Positions 1 through 13,235 of a DNA stretch of 64,000 nucleotides are shown piece after piece. Every line of letters starts with the position of its first letter. The first letter of the stretch is position 1. The stretch lies in the NCBI GenBank assembly GCA_030390025.1, contig CM059452.1, forward strand, positions 7,936,001 through 8,000,000. Direction: 5' to 3'. A program made the translations under genes and the position numbers. Under the pieces are notes generated by a model. That model was not told where the DNA came from, made no database searches, and was given only the letters and a program-made list of their open reading frames with translations. Origin of the DNA: Squalus acanthias (taxonomy: Eukaryota).

Positions 1-121
1 TTGAAGAATATTGCCGCGAGCTGCTCAGTGCAAAAACTGGATCAGCTTCCCAGCAAAGGAGAGAGTATTGGAAATCAGCTCGACCCGGAGAGGCCCACAG
101 TGGCGGAGATTGTCGGAGACC

Positions 122-625
122 ATGCATTTCAAATTCACCCTTTTGACTACACTCACCTGCCCAGCATTTAGTAAATCTTTAAAGGATGATATAGTACAAA
201 GCTACGTTTAACAAAGTTTGATTGTAAACCCACAATTAACATCCAATCAATACTTTCAGTCTTTCCACCAGATCTGAGTCAGGGAGATTGTGTCTCAGGA
301 TTGGTCGGCTGCAGTCCTGAAAATGGGACAGACTTTCAGGGCGCAATGTAGCTATTCGGCAACAGCAGGCTGGTACGACCTGTACTGATACCGAAAGTAT
401 CCCGATACACCCCCGGAGATGATCGTGTGGAGAAGTTCCGGCAACAGTTGGGGAAAAGCAAAAAATATTGGGAATCGCTTCAATTCTGAATTAAAGACAT
501 GTTCAGAAGTGTCTATTTTAACCGTCACTGATCTCCAGCTGAGAAACACGGCGCTGTACATCTGTGGATTTGCCCCATCGCTCCGACACAGAGATATGAC
601 CTAGTTCTCCTCTCGTACAAAAGCT
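122..625 (+). pseudogene. TCR alpha/delta-type V pseudogene (leader 122-170, V exon 272-586, 23-RSS 587-625)
   Basis: Leader MHFKFTLLTTLTCPAF with GT donor. V exon has an apparent 2-nt deletion in FR1 and TGA at the conserved Trp (LY*YRK). FR3 reads LTVTDLQLRNTALYIC. RSS is CACAGAG-23-ACAAAAGCT. Confidence 0.85.
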
Positions 626-699
626 GCCTGCGGTCTGTTTTGGCGGAGGATGAGTTTCAGTGCGGTCAGAGAGAGCTGCAGCACCGAGTGCAATTCCTG

Positions 700-1145
700 T
701 GGGCTGAATCATTGAATTATACAGCACAGAAGGAGGTCATGGTGTCTGTGCCGGCTCGTTGAAAGAACTGTCCGATTAGTCCAGTTCCCCGATTTTTTAC
801 CCATAGCCCTGCACATTTTTGCTTTTCAAGTATATATCCAATTCTCTTTTGAAAGTTATTATTGATTCTGCTTCCACCACCCTCCCAGACAGTGCGTTAC
901 AGATCATAACGACTGAGTGCCTGAACAAATTTCTCCTCCTCTCCCTTCTGTTGTTTCAGCAAATTATCTTAAATCTGTTTCGTCCAGTTACCGACCCTTG
1001 CGTCAGTGGAAACAATTTCTCCCTAGCTACTCTATCAAAACTCCTTATAATTTTGAACACTTCTATTAAATGTCCTCTCAACTTTCTCTGCTCTATTGAG
1101 AACAAAACCAGTTTCTCTAGTCTCTCCACGTAACTGAAGTCTTTG
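700..1145 (-). mobile_element. CR1-type LINE 3' fragment
   Basis: Reverse complement of a CR1 ORF2 C-terminus/3' UTR; same family as other copies in the window. Confidence 0.7.
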
Positions 1146-1204
1146 CTGCCTACATGGCAAGAGAGCCCCAGGTGGGCAGAGGAAACGCTTCAAGGACACC
1201 CTGT

Positions 1205-1757
1205 ATCCTGCAGTTTCGGTCTCTTTACCTAAGGAAGGATATACTTGCCATAGAGAGAGTCCAACGATGGTTCACCAGACTGATTTATGGGATGGGAAGA
1301 TTGTCCTATGAGGAGAGATTGAGTAGACTAGGCCTATATTCTCTAGATTTTAGAAGAATGAGAGGTGATCTCATTAAAACATACAACATTCTTACAGGGC
1401 TCGACAGGGTAGATGAAGGGAGGATGCTTCTCCTGGCTGGGATGTCTAGCACCAGGGGTCACAGTCTCAGAATAAGGGGTCGGCCATTTAGGACTGAGAT
1501 GTGGGGGACATTTCTTTACCCAGAGGGTTGTGAATCTTTGGAATTCTCTACCCCAGAGGGCTGTGGAGGCTCAGTCGTTGAATATATTTAAGGTGGAGGT
1601 CAATAGATTTTTGGATGTTAAAGGAATCAAGATATATGGGGATAGTGCAGGAAAGTGGAGTTGAGTTGGAGGATCAGTAATGGTTTTATTGAATGGCGGA
1701 GCTGGCTCGTGGAGCCGAATGGTCTACTCCTGCTCCTATTTATTATGTTCTTATGTT
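1205..1757 (+). mobile_element. CR1-type LINE 3' fragment
   Basis: ORF 1154-1591 contains ERVQRWFTRLI...YEERLSRLGLYSL...RMRGDLI; ends in a TTATGTTC repeat tail. Confidence 0.85.
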
Positions 1758-1799
1758 ACCTGAGATAAGGCCTTTTATAATATAAACAAAGTCATGGGC

Positions 1800-2100
1800 T
1801 GTAACAAATAAGGCAGGGCCTAGTGCAATAATTACTGAAACAGCAACTAGTGTAATATAAACTGAGGCAGGGTCTAGTACAGTAATAACGGAGACAGGGT
1901 CTGGTGTAATATAAACTGAAACAGGGCCTAGTGTAATATAAACAGAGACAGGGGCTAGTGCAGTAATAACTGAGACAGGGTCTAGAGTAATATAAACTGA
2001 GACATGGTCTAGTGTAATATAAACAGAGACAGGGTCTACTGTAATATAAACTGCGACATGGTCTAGTGTAATATAAACTGAGACAGGGCCTCGTGTAATG
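1800..2100. repeat. 27-bp minisatellite (short array)
   Basis: Units like GAGACAGGGTCTAGTGTAATATAAACA. Confidence 0.9.
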
Positions 2101-3117
2101 AGAGAAATAATAGTCAGATAATTACAAATTTATGAACCCCATGTCAGGTACAATTTCATTTTTACCATCACTTACACCAATCATCACACTCTCGAGGTGC
2201 ATATCAGGAGATTCTGAGAGATGCTGAGGTGATCACTGGACAATAAAGCGCAGAGACTGGTGGGTAGCTGCTCATTATCCTCGGTGTGATTTAATCCTCT
2301 TTCCAACTGAATACTGCGGACAGTCATGCTTGACTTCGTAACGGAATGGTCAGTGACATCGCTTTCTAAACAAGAGCACTCAAGAGAATCGGTTATTAAT
2401 CAATGTAAAATATATTAAGCAATTTGCAATTACATTCTGAATACAAGAAAATGTTCAAAAATAATTGTGAAGATAATCATTTATCATTGCAGAATGCACT
2501 TGCAAACATCAAAAATGATGTATTTCGTACACTCACATTGACACTCACACATATATCAAACACTTTGTAAGCGCTCTTTTCAGTTGTTCCTCTCAACCAG
2601 ATGGTAAATGATCCGGTGGACATTAGGACCCTGCAGCCGCCCATCGGCGGTGCTGTGAGGTCACGATTCCAGGTGCTGTCACACAATCAGTGGGTGACGT
2701 GAAAGCTAAATAGAAAATACTGCAGGAAAGAAATCCTTAACATTAAAAAGATTGTGAGCAATTGGCGCATTCCAACACAAGTGTGAATTAGTAAACTTTA
2801 ACACAACGGAGTTTGCTACTAAATAGGGCAAAGGGCAGGGCACTATTGCTCACCTTTAGTTCTGCCCCTCAATCGCAGTTCATCTCTGGAAGATTGTTAC
2901 AAGATTCACCCCATCCTTTCAACACAAATATTACCGACAAAATACCAGTTCAATTAGAAATTGCACACTGGTCCTGATACTGATCAACAACAGTAAAGGT
3001 ATGCTTGAAACCATAAATGTTTGCATCCTCCCGCCCACTCACACATATATCTTTATTTACATTAATACCTATCTATCCATCCAGCGGAGATCTGGTCTCG
3101 AACAATGATAGCTGAGA

Positions 3118-4985
3118 AAGGGCCTAGTGTAATATAAACAGAGACAGGGTCTAGTGTAATATAAACAGAGACAGGGTCTAGTGTAATATAAACAGAGACA
3201 GGGCCTAGTGTAATATAAACAAAGACAGGATCTAATGTAATATAAACAGAGACAGGGTCTAGTGTAATATAAACAGAGACAGGGCCTAGAGTAATATAAA
3301 CAGAGACAGGGCCTAGTTTAATATAAACAGAGACATGGTCTAGTGTAATATAAAGAGAGGCAGGGCCTAGTGTAATATAAACAGAGACAAGGTCTCGTGT
3401 AATATAAACAGAGACAGGATCTAGTGTAATATAAACAGAGGCAGGGTCTAGTGTAATATAAACAGAGACAGGGCCTAGTGTAATATAAACAAAGACAGGA
3501 TCTAATGTAATATAAACAGAGAGAGGGTCTAGTGTAATATAAACAGAGACAGGGCCTAGAGTAAGATAAACAGAGACAGGGCCTAGTTTAATATAAACAG
3601 AGACATGGTCTAGTGTAATATAAAGAGAGGCAGGGCCTAGTGTAATATAAACAGAGACAAGGTCTCGTGTAATATAAACAGAGACAGGATCTAGTGTAAT
3701 ATAAACAGAGACATGGTCTAGTGTAATATAAAGAGAGGCAGGGCCTAGTGTAATATAAACAGAGACAAGGTCTTGTGTAATATAAACAGAAACAGGATCT
3801 AGTGTAATATAAACAGAGGCAGGGTCGAGTGTAATATAAACAGAGACAGGGTCTAGTGCAGAAATAACTGAGACAAGGTCTAGTGTAATATAAACAGAGA
3901 CAGGGCCTAGATTAATATAAACAGAGACAGGGTCTAGATTAATATAAACAGAGACAGGGTCTAGTGTAATATAAACAAAGACAGGATCTAGTGTAATATA
4001 AACAGAGACAAGGCCTAGTGTAATATAAACAGAGACAGGGTCTAGTGTAATATAAACAGAGGCAGGGTCGAGTGTAATATAAACAGAGACAGGGTCTAGT
4101 GCAGAAATAACTGAGACAAGGTCTAGTGTAATATAAACAGAGACAGGGCCTAGATTAATATAAACAGAGACAGGGTCTAGTGTAATATAAACAAAGACAG
4201 GATCTAGTGTAATATAGACAGAGACAGGGTCTAGTGTAATATAAACTGAGAGAGGGTCTAGTGTAATATAAATAGGGACAGGGTTCTGTGTAAGATAAAC
4301 AGAGAATGGGTCTAGTGTACTATAAACAGAGACAGGATCTAGTGTAATATAAACAGAGGCAGGGCCTAGTGTAATATAAACAGAGACATGGTCTCGTGTA
4401 ATATAAACAGAGACAGGATCTAGTGTAATATAAACAGAGGCAGGGCCTAGTGTAATATAAACAGAGACAGGGCCTAGTTTAATATAAACAGTGACACGGT
4501 CTAGTGTAATATTAACAGAGACAGGGCCTAGTGTAATATAAACAGAGACAGGGTTTAGTGTTATATAAACAGAGACAGGGTCCAGTGCAGTAATAACTGA
4601 GACAGGGTCTAGTGTAATATAAAGAGTGACAGGGCCTAGTTTAATATAAATAGTGACACGGTCTAGTGTAATATAACCAGAGACAGGGTCTAGTTTAATA
4701 TAAACAGTGACACGGTCTAGTGTAATATAAACAGAGACAGGGTGTAGTGTAATATAAACAGAGACAGGATCTAGTGTAATATAAACAGAGACAGGGTCTA
4801 GTGCAGTAATAACTGAGACAGGGCCTCGTGTAATATAAACAGTGACAGCATCTTTTTCAGTAATAACTGAGACAGGATCTGTTGCAATATAAAGAGTGAC
4901 AGGTTCTAGTGCAGTAATAACTGCGACAGGGTATAGTGTAATCTAAATAGTGACAGGTTCTAGTGCAGCAATAACTTGAGGCAGA
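3118..4985. repeat. 27-bp minisatellite (about 1.9 kb)
   Basis: Tandem AGAGACAGGGTCTAGTGTAATATAAAC with variants. Confidence 0.95.
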
Positions 4986-5764
4986 GCCTGTTTCGTGGAA
5001 GAAAAACAATCGAGCTTTTGCTGCCAATTAGTGGCAAAACTTTGCCATTACTCCTATTGGGAAAATAGCAGGTCAGGCAGCATCTGTAGAAATATTTTCT
5101 GTTTTTCTTTCAGATTTCCAGCATCTGCAGTATTTTCTTTTTGTATTAGGGGAAAATTAAGATGTCAGTTACTGTTTCTGATATTAATGTATCAAGAAAC
5201 ACCTTTCATTCAAGGACCACCTCATCACATTCTACGGGAGTTCCCGAAGGATTTAAAGTGCAACTAATTGCACGTGAACGTGGCCGATTCGCACACAGAA
5301 AGATCAGCAAAAGAGCAAAGTGGCTCGATTCCTGTTATTGTGTTTCTGTTGAACTTGGTTGAAGTGAGGAATTTTGATCCGGATACAGTCTGGGGCCCTG
5401 GGAGCTTTAATGCCCACCTCAACAGACAAGGTGCGGCGAGCGGGGAGACACTATTCCTTCAGGAAAGGTAGTTCCTTTTCAGTGCTGCACCGATTGGACG
5501 CCTAGTTAATGTGCTTAGGTTCTGAAGTTGATGTGAAGTCTACAATCTGCTGATGCTGAAACCAGAATAAAGTCACTTTAGCCAAGCTGTTACTAAAATG
5601 CTTAATGGGTTTAGGTGACATTTGCGCAAAGAAAGTTCAGCAAAACTATTTTAAAATAATACCGGTTAATATTGTTGATATTCAGCGTCCATATACTAAT
5701 ATCACAAATAGTAACTTCAACAATACAATTACAAAACTTTTGATTCGTGCAATTTAAATTCACT

Positions 5765-6280
5765 GAATCATGGGATCTTACAGCACAGAAGGAGGCCATT
5801 CGGCCCATCGTGCCTGTGCCTGTTCCAGCTCTTTGAATGAGCTATCCAATTACTTCCACTCTCTGTTCTGTCTCCAAAGCCTTGCAAATGTTTCCTTTCA
5901 AGTATTTATCCAATTCCCTTTTGAAAGATACTGTTGAATCTGCTTCCGCCACCCTTTCAGGCAGTGCAATCCAGATCATAACAACTCGCTGCAAAAAGAA
6001 TCTCCTCATATCCCCGCTGTTTTTTTGGCAATTATCTTAATTCTGTATCCTCTGGTTACCGACACTCCTGCCAGTGGAAACATGTCTCACTGTCAATTCT
6101 ATCAAACCCTTCATGATTTTGAACACTTCTATTAAATTCCATTTAAACATCTCTGCTCTCTTCTCCCAGCTTCTCCAGCCTCCAGTTTCTCCACATAACT
6201 GAAGTCCCTCATCCCTGGTACAATTCTAGTAAATCTCCTCTGCACCCTATCCAAGACCTTGACATCCTTCCTAATGTGTG
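5765..6280 (-). mobile_element. CR1-type LINE 3' fragment
   Basis: Reverse complement of the CR1 3' end, similar to 700-1145 and 27280-27895. Confidence 0.75.
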
Positions 6281-6649
6281 GATTGAAATAAATGCAATAT
6301 TTATTTCTCCTTCAGATTATGTCTAAGGGTACATGCTCTCTTAAAATTGGACTGAGCAGTAATCTGAGTAGTATCAATATTGATAGCAATGATATTCCTT
6401 GTTCCGACAGTGACTTGTGGGCACAGCAACATCGGCCTCTGCAGGATTCATGTTTCAATAAGATCACTGTCGCCACCTGCTGATGAACAACATCTACTAC
6501 AGGCCCCTGAGTTTATTAAACATGATTCATAATTCCGCATTTACCGAGTTACGTTCACCTAGAGGAGTTTCTCAGGCGAACCAGAAGAGGGGCAATGGAT
6601 CAGGAGGAATTAAAGGCGGAATGGCTAAAATTACTGTTATAAATTCAAC

Positions 6650-6789
6650 TTCACCTCTTCTTTGGCCAAAACCTATCGAGCGGTCAGTTCAAGGGTTCCA
6701 CAGGTGACAGCCGGATATTCCAGGAAACACTTCAGTGTTTTAACACCGCACACGCTGGTGTATTTAGGGCAAGAGCCGACACATAAACT
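6650..6789 (+). pseudogene. 3' relic of a TCR V segment with 23-RSS (paralog of 59400-59745)
   Basis: FR3-like FTSSLAKTYRAVS; CACGCTG(6751)-23-ACATAAACT(6781-6789); downstream flank matches 59760-59890. Confidence 0.7.
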
Positions 6790-8049
6790 GCAGGTGTTAG
6801 GTGGCGGGAGTCTGTGACATGGTCCAATCTCACGGTGTAGTCCGAAGGAGAAGGATAACAATTCTTCCATCCACAATGTTTCCTCAATGTGTCATAAACA
6901 GACAGATAGACAGAGAGTTGTGTCGATCATTGTGTAACCAGAGCATATTGTAATTATTGACTACAAATTGATATAATCCAGAAAGTAGCTGGAAACCCAA
7001 ATCCCTTCACTCCTCCACCAGAGTGGGAGTCAAATATACTTTCTGGCAGAGAATTCCACATTCTCACCTCGCTCTGTGTAAATCATGTTTTCTAACCATA
7101 AAATGTATCTTTTGCCGCGTCATATTTACATAGAATATACAGCACAGAAACAGGCCATTCGAGCCAAGCAGTCGATGCAAAAAAGACAATCTCGATTTTG
7201 TTTATTTCTGTATCCAATATTAATAAAGTAGTAGGAAAATAGGAACACAGGAGAAGGCCCTTCAGCCCCCCGAGACTCTTCCGCCATTCAGTTAGATCAT
7301 GACTGATCTGTATCATAACTCCATCCACCCGCCTTGGTTCCTAACCCTTAATAGCCTTTCCTACAAACATCGACCAATCAATCTCTGGCAACAATCAGAA
7401 ATGAATGCCACTGCCTGTTAACACTTTCCAATTCTTATTAATTCCCGAGATGTGGGCACCGCTGACAAGGCCGGAATTGACTGCCCATCCGCGAGTTGCC
7501 CCTTGAGGAGGTGGTGGGGGGCCTTCTTCTTCAACCACTGCAGTTCTGCTCTTTCCAGCAGTTTCATGCAACTGAGGGGCTCGCGAGGCCACTTCAAAGG
7601 ACAGTTAAGAGTCAACCAGGTTGGTGTATGACGACAGTCGTATATCGGTCAGACCAGATCAGGACGGCAGGGTTCTTTCCTCAAAGGGACATTAGTGACC
7701 CAGTTGGGGTTTCACCACAATCCTATAGTTTCATGATCAGTCTCACTAACACCAGATTATTCATTTCCAGCTTTTAAAAATCTGAATTGAAATGCCATGA
7801 TGAGATTTTAATTGATGAATTATTAGCCCAGGCCTCGGGATTGCTAATCCAGTAACATTACCACTACACTATTGCATCCTTTTATGTTCTCTGCCTCGGC
7901 CATTCTATGTGGCAAAGTATTCCAATGCTCCAACAACCCCCTATACCGATATCTCCTGACCTCTCTCTCTCTTATTGACTATTGTAATTTGATGAAGTTT
8001 TGGTTGCAGACTCCTCAAGCAGAGGCATCAGTCTTTCCATCTTCCCTCC

Positions 8050-11000
8050 TGTGGTAACACAATACAGCTTCCTGTGACTCGAACTTTATTGCATCACTTC
8101 CTGTGATTAGTCCAGGATAAATACTGGACTGAGCAGTTGGATCCTGGAGAGGCATAGAGTAAGACCTCTTTTGTATGTAGCACCTTTTTAGTTGATTAAA
8201 GCTTACTTTAAGTTCACCACGCGTAAGGCTCATTCTTACGACAATTTAATCAACTTTGAAAAACTTCGCACTCAAACTTTTTGGACAAACTCGGAACTAA
8301 GGATCCAGGGAATCACCCATCATGGAAAACATCCTTAAACCATCGCGTCTTGACTTGGACCCAAACACCCCAGCAGCCGGTAAGGTGTGGAATCACTGGT
8401 ATCGCACGTTTGACAATTTTCTCGAATATTGCAAGGCTGATGATGACACAAAGTTGCGGATACTCATCAACTGTGTCACTCCGAATGTATTTCAGTATGT
8501 TGAGGAATGGGGCAGTTACGAGGAGGCAATTCGGACGCTTAAAAGACTATATACTAAGACACCGAATGAGGTCTATGCCAGACATCTACTAGCTACAGCC
8601 CAACAAGGGCCGGCGGAATCCATTGATAAATTCCTCCAAGAGCTTCGCAGACTTAGTATGGACTGTAACTTTCAGGCGGCCTCAGCTGAGCTGTACCGTG
8701 AAGAAATGATCCGTGATGCTTTCATCTGCGGGCTTGCCTCCCCATTTATACGCCAGCGTCTACTGGAAAGTAAGACACTTGAGCTTCAGAGAGCTTATGA
8801 CATGGCTTGCTCTCTAGATCTGGCAAAAAGAAATGCAGACCTTTATACAGTGCCCAGACCTCGGTCTGCTGCCTTAACTACAGTCAGGCAATTTAAGAGG
8901 CCACAGGTGAACTCTATTAGGCAGGACTTTATTCCTGACGATCAATCTGATGACTTCACTGATGAAGAGGATGATGACCCCACTGTGGCAGCCTCTTGGC
9001 AATCTAAGAAATGCTTCTTTTGTGGTGATGAGTTTCACCCTCGGAAATTCTGCCCTGCTCGCAATGCGTTTTGCAGTCATTGCAACAAAAAGGGTCATTT
9101 TGCCAAGGTTTGCCTATCAAGAGCCTCTACGAGGGCTTATCAAGCTAAGTCCTACCGAACTGCCCCGGTAAGGGCCTATCAAGATGTTCCGGCTAAAATC
9201 TATCGTGCTTCCTCTCGGGTTTTCTCTCGAAGAAACACACCTAGAGTTTCAGCCACTCTTTGTGCAACGACACCAATTACAGCTGCTTGTCCTCAGAACC
9301 TATTCCATGCAGCTACAAAAGCATCAATTAATGGACATACTTTAGATGCCTTAATTGACTCAGGTAGCACTGATAGTTTCATTAGGGAACAGATTGTTGC
9401 AGAGTTAAAGCTACATGTTTTCCCATCGGACCAGGCAATTGCGATGGCTCAGTCATCACTTAATACCAGAATTTCTGGCTTTTGTATGGTTGAAATAACA
9501 CTTAATGGTCACAGGTACCCCTCCACCCGGCTTTCGGTGCTTAAGGACTTATGTAGTGATCTTATCTTAGGACTGGATTTTCAAAAGCAGCATAAGAAGC
9601 TCACCATTGAGTTCGGCGGATCCAAACCTGAACTCACTATTTCTAATATACGACCTCGATTACCGTTCTGTGCATTGTCAGCAGCTTCACTGGATGAACC
9701 CTCACTGTTTACCAGTATCCCTCCTCGATGCAAACCGATTATAACAAAGTCACGACGTTTCAGTCAGGAAGACCAGTCTTTTATTGCGGCTGAGATTTCT
9801 CGGCTTTTAGCAGAGGATATCATCGAGCCTTGTTCGTCGCCATGGCGCGCCCAGGTCGTTATTGTTAAGAACCCTCTACAACCTCACAAGAAACGGCTGT
9901 GCATTGACTATTCACAGACCATCAATCAATATACGGACTTGGACGCATACCCATTGCCGCGCATCGATGATATGGTTAATAAACTGGCTGAGTACACGGT
10001 GTTCTCAACATATGATCTGAAAAGTGCCTATCATCAGGTACCCTTGAAGGTCTCAGACAAGCAGTATACGGCCTTTGAAGCCAATGGACGGCTGTATCAA
10101 TTTCGTCGCCTCCCCTTTGGGGTCACTAATGGAGTGGCTGTCTTCCAGCGAGCAATGGATGACCTGGTCAAACAGGAAGACTTGAAGGATACGTTTCCTT
10201 ATCTGGACAATATTACTGTCGCAGGTCGCAATCAGCGGGAACATGACGCCAATCTCCAACGATTTTGGGATGCACTCCAGCACCGTAATTTGACATTAAA
10301 TGCGGCTAAATCCATTGAGTCACAACCAACCATCAACATCCTTGGCTATTGTGTGGGCAATGGCATCATTAAACCTGACCCTGAAAGGCTTCGCCCACTC
10401 CAAGAACTCCCGCCACCTAAGAATCCGGCCTCCTTGCGCCGGGCCCTCGGCCTGTTTGCATACTATGCTAAATGGATTCCTAACTTCTCGGACCGAATCC
10501 AACCTCTACTGAAGGCCAGCACATTCCCACTAGACACAGCGGCTGTTGCAGCCTTTAACCTCCTGAAAAAACAGTTGGAGAAAGCGGCTCTTCACTCCAT
10601 CGATGAGAGTCTTCCTTTTGTTGTTGAGTGTGATGCCTCGGAGGTGGCGATCTCGGCCACTCTGAATCAGGAAGGTCGTCCGGTGGCATTTTTGTCCAGG
10701 ACTTTTCAAGGGGCTGAGCTACATTATCCTCCAGTCGAGAAAGAAGCTACAGCCATCATAGAGGCAGTACGGAAGTGGACTCATCTCCTAGCTCGCCAGC
10801 ACTTTACCTTAATCACGGACCAGCGATCGGTCGCCTCATGCTCGATAATCGAAAACGGACCAAAATTAAAAATAATAAAATCCAGCTTTGGCGGCTGGAA
10901 TTGGCCTCTTTTGGTTACACCATCCACTATCGACCTGGCAAGGAGAATGTGGCTCCAGATACCCTCACACGAGCATTCTGCTCGCCATGGCACCCTCTAC

Positions 11001-12487
11001 GCTCGTAGACATCCATGATGGGTTGTGTCATCCGGGCGTTACTCGCATGCTACACTTCGTGCGGTCCCGAAATCTCCCATTCTCTACCGGGGATGTAAAG
11101 AAGATGTGCTCGGACTGCAGAGTCTGTGCGGAATTGAAACCTCAGTTTTTCCGCCCCTCGGGTGGTATACTCATACATGCGACCCAGCCAATGCAACGGC
11201 TTAGCATCGATTTTAAGGGGCCGTTGCCCTCTTCAACTCGCAACACTTATCTGTTGACCATGGTCGATGAGTATTCCCGTTTTCCGTTTGCCTTTCCCTG
11301 CCCCAATATGCTGACGACCACGGTTATCAGCTGCCTTGAGCAGGTATTTGCTTTCTGTGGCATGGCATCCTATGTTCATTCGGATCGGGGCCCTTCTTTT
11401 ATGTCAGGAGAACTCAAGGCCTATCTCTCGGAACGGGGTATTGCTGCCAGCAGAACGACGCCTTATCATCCGGTCGGGAATGGGCAAGTCGAGCGTTTTA
11501 ACGCTATCATCTGGAATGCGGTACGTCTGGCTTTGAGATCTCGGGGCCTACCCAAGCAGCAATGGGAAGCAGTACTTCCAGACGCATTACACTCCACACG
11601 GTCCCTCCTTTCGACCGCCACAAATACGACGCCTCATGAACGGTTCTTCCGATTTCAGCGTCGCTCATCCTATGGGATATCTCTCCCGTCGTGGCTGACT
11701 GCACCGGGACCAGTGCTACTCCGAAGATATGTCCGGGCGTCTAAGAATGACCCCCTGGTAGATGAGGTTGAGCTCACTGACGTCAACCCTACCTACGCCT
11801 ATAATCGGTATCCTGACGGTCGGGAATCTACCGTGTCATTGCGGGATCTGGCTCCCTGCCCGCCGAAACATAGAGGGACACCAGGGGATGATATTGTACC
11901 AGGCACATCTCTGGGCTCGCCAGGTGCCTCTCATCACGATCTGGATCTGACGCCGGCTGGTACCTTACTCCAGCGTGCCGACCTGGGGCAGACTGACTAT
12001 GAGCCCGTCGGGGCTCGCACGCGCAGCCACGATCCACCACGTACCATACGCTCGGAAACGGATCTGCCACAGCCATGCCCGACACCCGTTCGGGCACCAG
12101 TACACAGTCAGGATCGTCCTGACCCCTCACAGAGTGGGCTGGATCACTCGGACTCTGGTCCGCGGCCCGCGGCGGGTAAACGGGCTAGGGGCCCTCTACC
12201 GCTACGAGAACCCAAACGGGTGCGGCTCTCCCTCGTCCGGCGGCTACGAAATGGAGGGAGCATCCCGGCCTCCTAATCTTTTGGGGGGGAGAATGTGGTA
12301 ACACAATACAGCTTCCTGTGACTCGAACTTTATTGCATCACTTCCTGTGATTAGTCCAGGATAAATACTGGACTGAGCAGTTGGATCCTGGAGAGGCATA
12401 GAGTAAGACCTCTTTTGTATGTAGCACCTTTTTAGTTGATTAAAGCTTACTTTAAGTTCACCACGCGTAAGGCTCATTCTTACGACA
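8050..12487 (+). mobile_element. Full-length Ty3/gypsy LTR retrotransposon
   Basis: 194-bp TG...CA LTRs at 8050-8243 and 12294-12487, identical by eye. TSD CCTCC at 8045-8049 and 12488-12492. Polypurine tract at 12283-12293. Domain order gag-PR-RT-RH-IN. Confidence 0.97.
8322..12276 (+). CDS. gag-pol polyprotein, broken by two apparent 1-nt frameshifts (about 10836 and 10984)
   Basis: Two zinc-knuckle-like motifs (CFFC..H..C, CSHC..H..C), protease LIDSGS, RT LPFG/YLDN, RNase H CDAS...EKEA, integrase HHCC plus IDFKGP/SDRG/GQVER. The linker MLDNRKR...PDTLTR is in a third frame (ORF 10775-11008). Confidence 0.92.
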
Positions 12488-12864
12488 CCTCCAGTAAAAC
12501 TCGATTCGATTCCTTACCCTTTGAAAAACACGATGAAGGCCGACAGTATTGAGCAATATTATTTGTTTAGTAATATGACGGCCCGGGAAGTACCCATTGG
12601 TCCGGAAATCTCTCTCCGTCCATCTGTCGCTATTTCTGTAAGTTGGCACAGACACAGTTTGTTACTCCTGAGTGTGAAGTATTGAGCGGGAATGGGATCT
12701 GTGCACAAACCACATTAATAATCCGTCGATTATGGGAGAGCGCCTCTTATACAAGGGGGAGGGGGTCAATCAGGAACCAATCAACTCGAAGCCATTCGCG
12801 GAAAACCACATCACCAATCTTCTTCTTAGGTAGTCCCTCGGATGACTTGCTTCCACACTAAAAA

Positions 12865-13235
12865 TTAGTTCTCAGGGAGGTGACTGATGAGTCCAATGCT
12901 GGACCTACAGTCTCTGTCACAGGTGGGGCAGACGGTGGTTGAAGGGGCGGGTGGGTGGGGTGTTTGGGTTGACGTGCGCTCCTTCTGCTGTTTGCGCTTG
13001 GCTTCCGCTTGCTCCCGGCGAAGAGACCCGAGGTGTTCGGCGCCTTCCCGGATGCTTCTCCTCCACTTTGTGCGATCTTGGGCCAGGGATTCCCAGGTGT
13101 CGGTGGGGATGTTGCACTTTTTCAAGGAGGCTTTGATGGTGTCCTTGAAGCGTTTCCTCTGCCCACCTGGGGCTATTTTGCCGTGTCGGAGCACCGAGTA
13201 TAGCGCTGTTTTGGGCGTCTCGTATCGGGCATGCG
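12865..13235 (-). mobile_element. RTE-clade LINE 3' fragment
   Basis: GGQRKRFKDTIKASLK...WESLAQDRTKWR...CPTCDRDCRSSIGLISH. Confidence 0.8.

Noticed and set aside
2160-3000. Possible decayed minus-strand leader and V relic
   Set aside because: Only a donor-like GTAAGTG and a CNF*LNWY-like patch; no RSS or YYC motif.
3118-4985. Regular repeat arrays as CRISPR or Ig switch regions
   Set aside because: They are head-to-tail minisatellites with no unique spacers in vertebrate DNA, and are not located 5' of a C gene or rich in AGCT.
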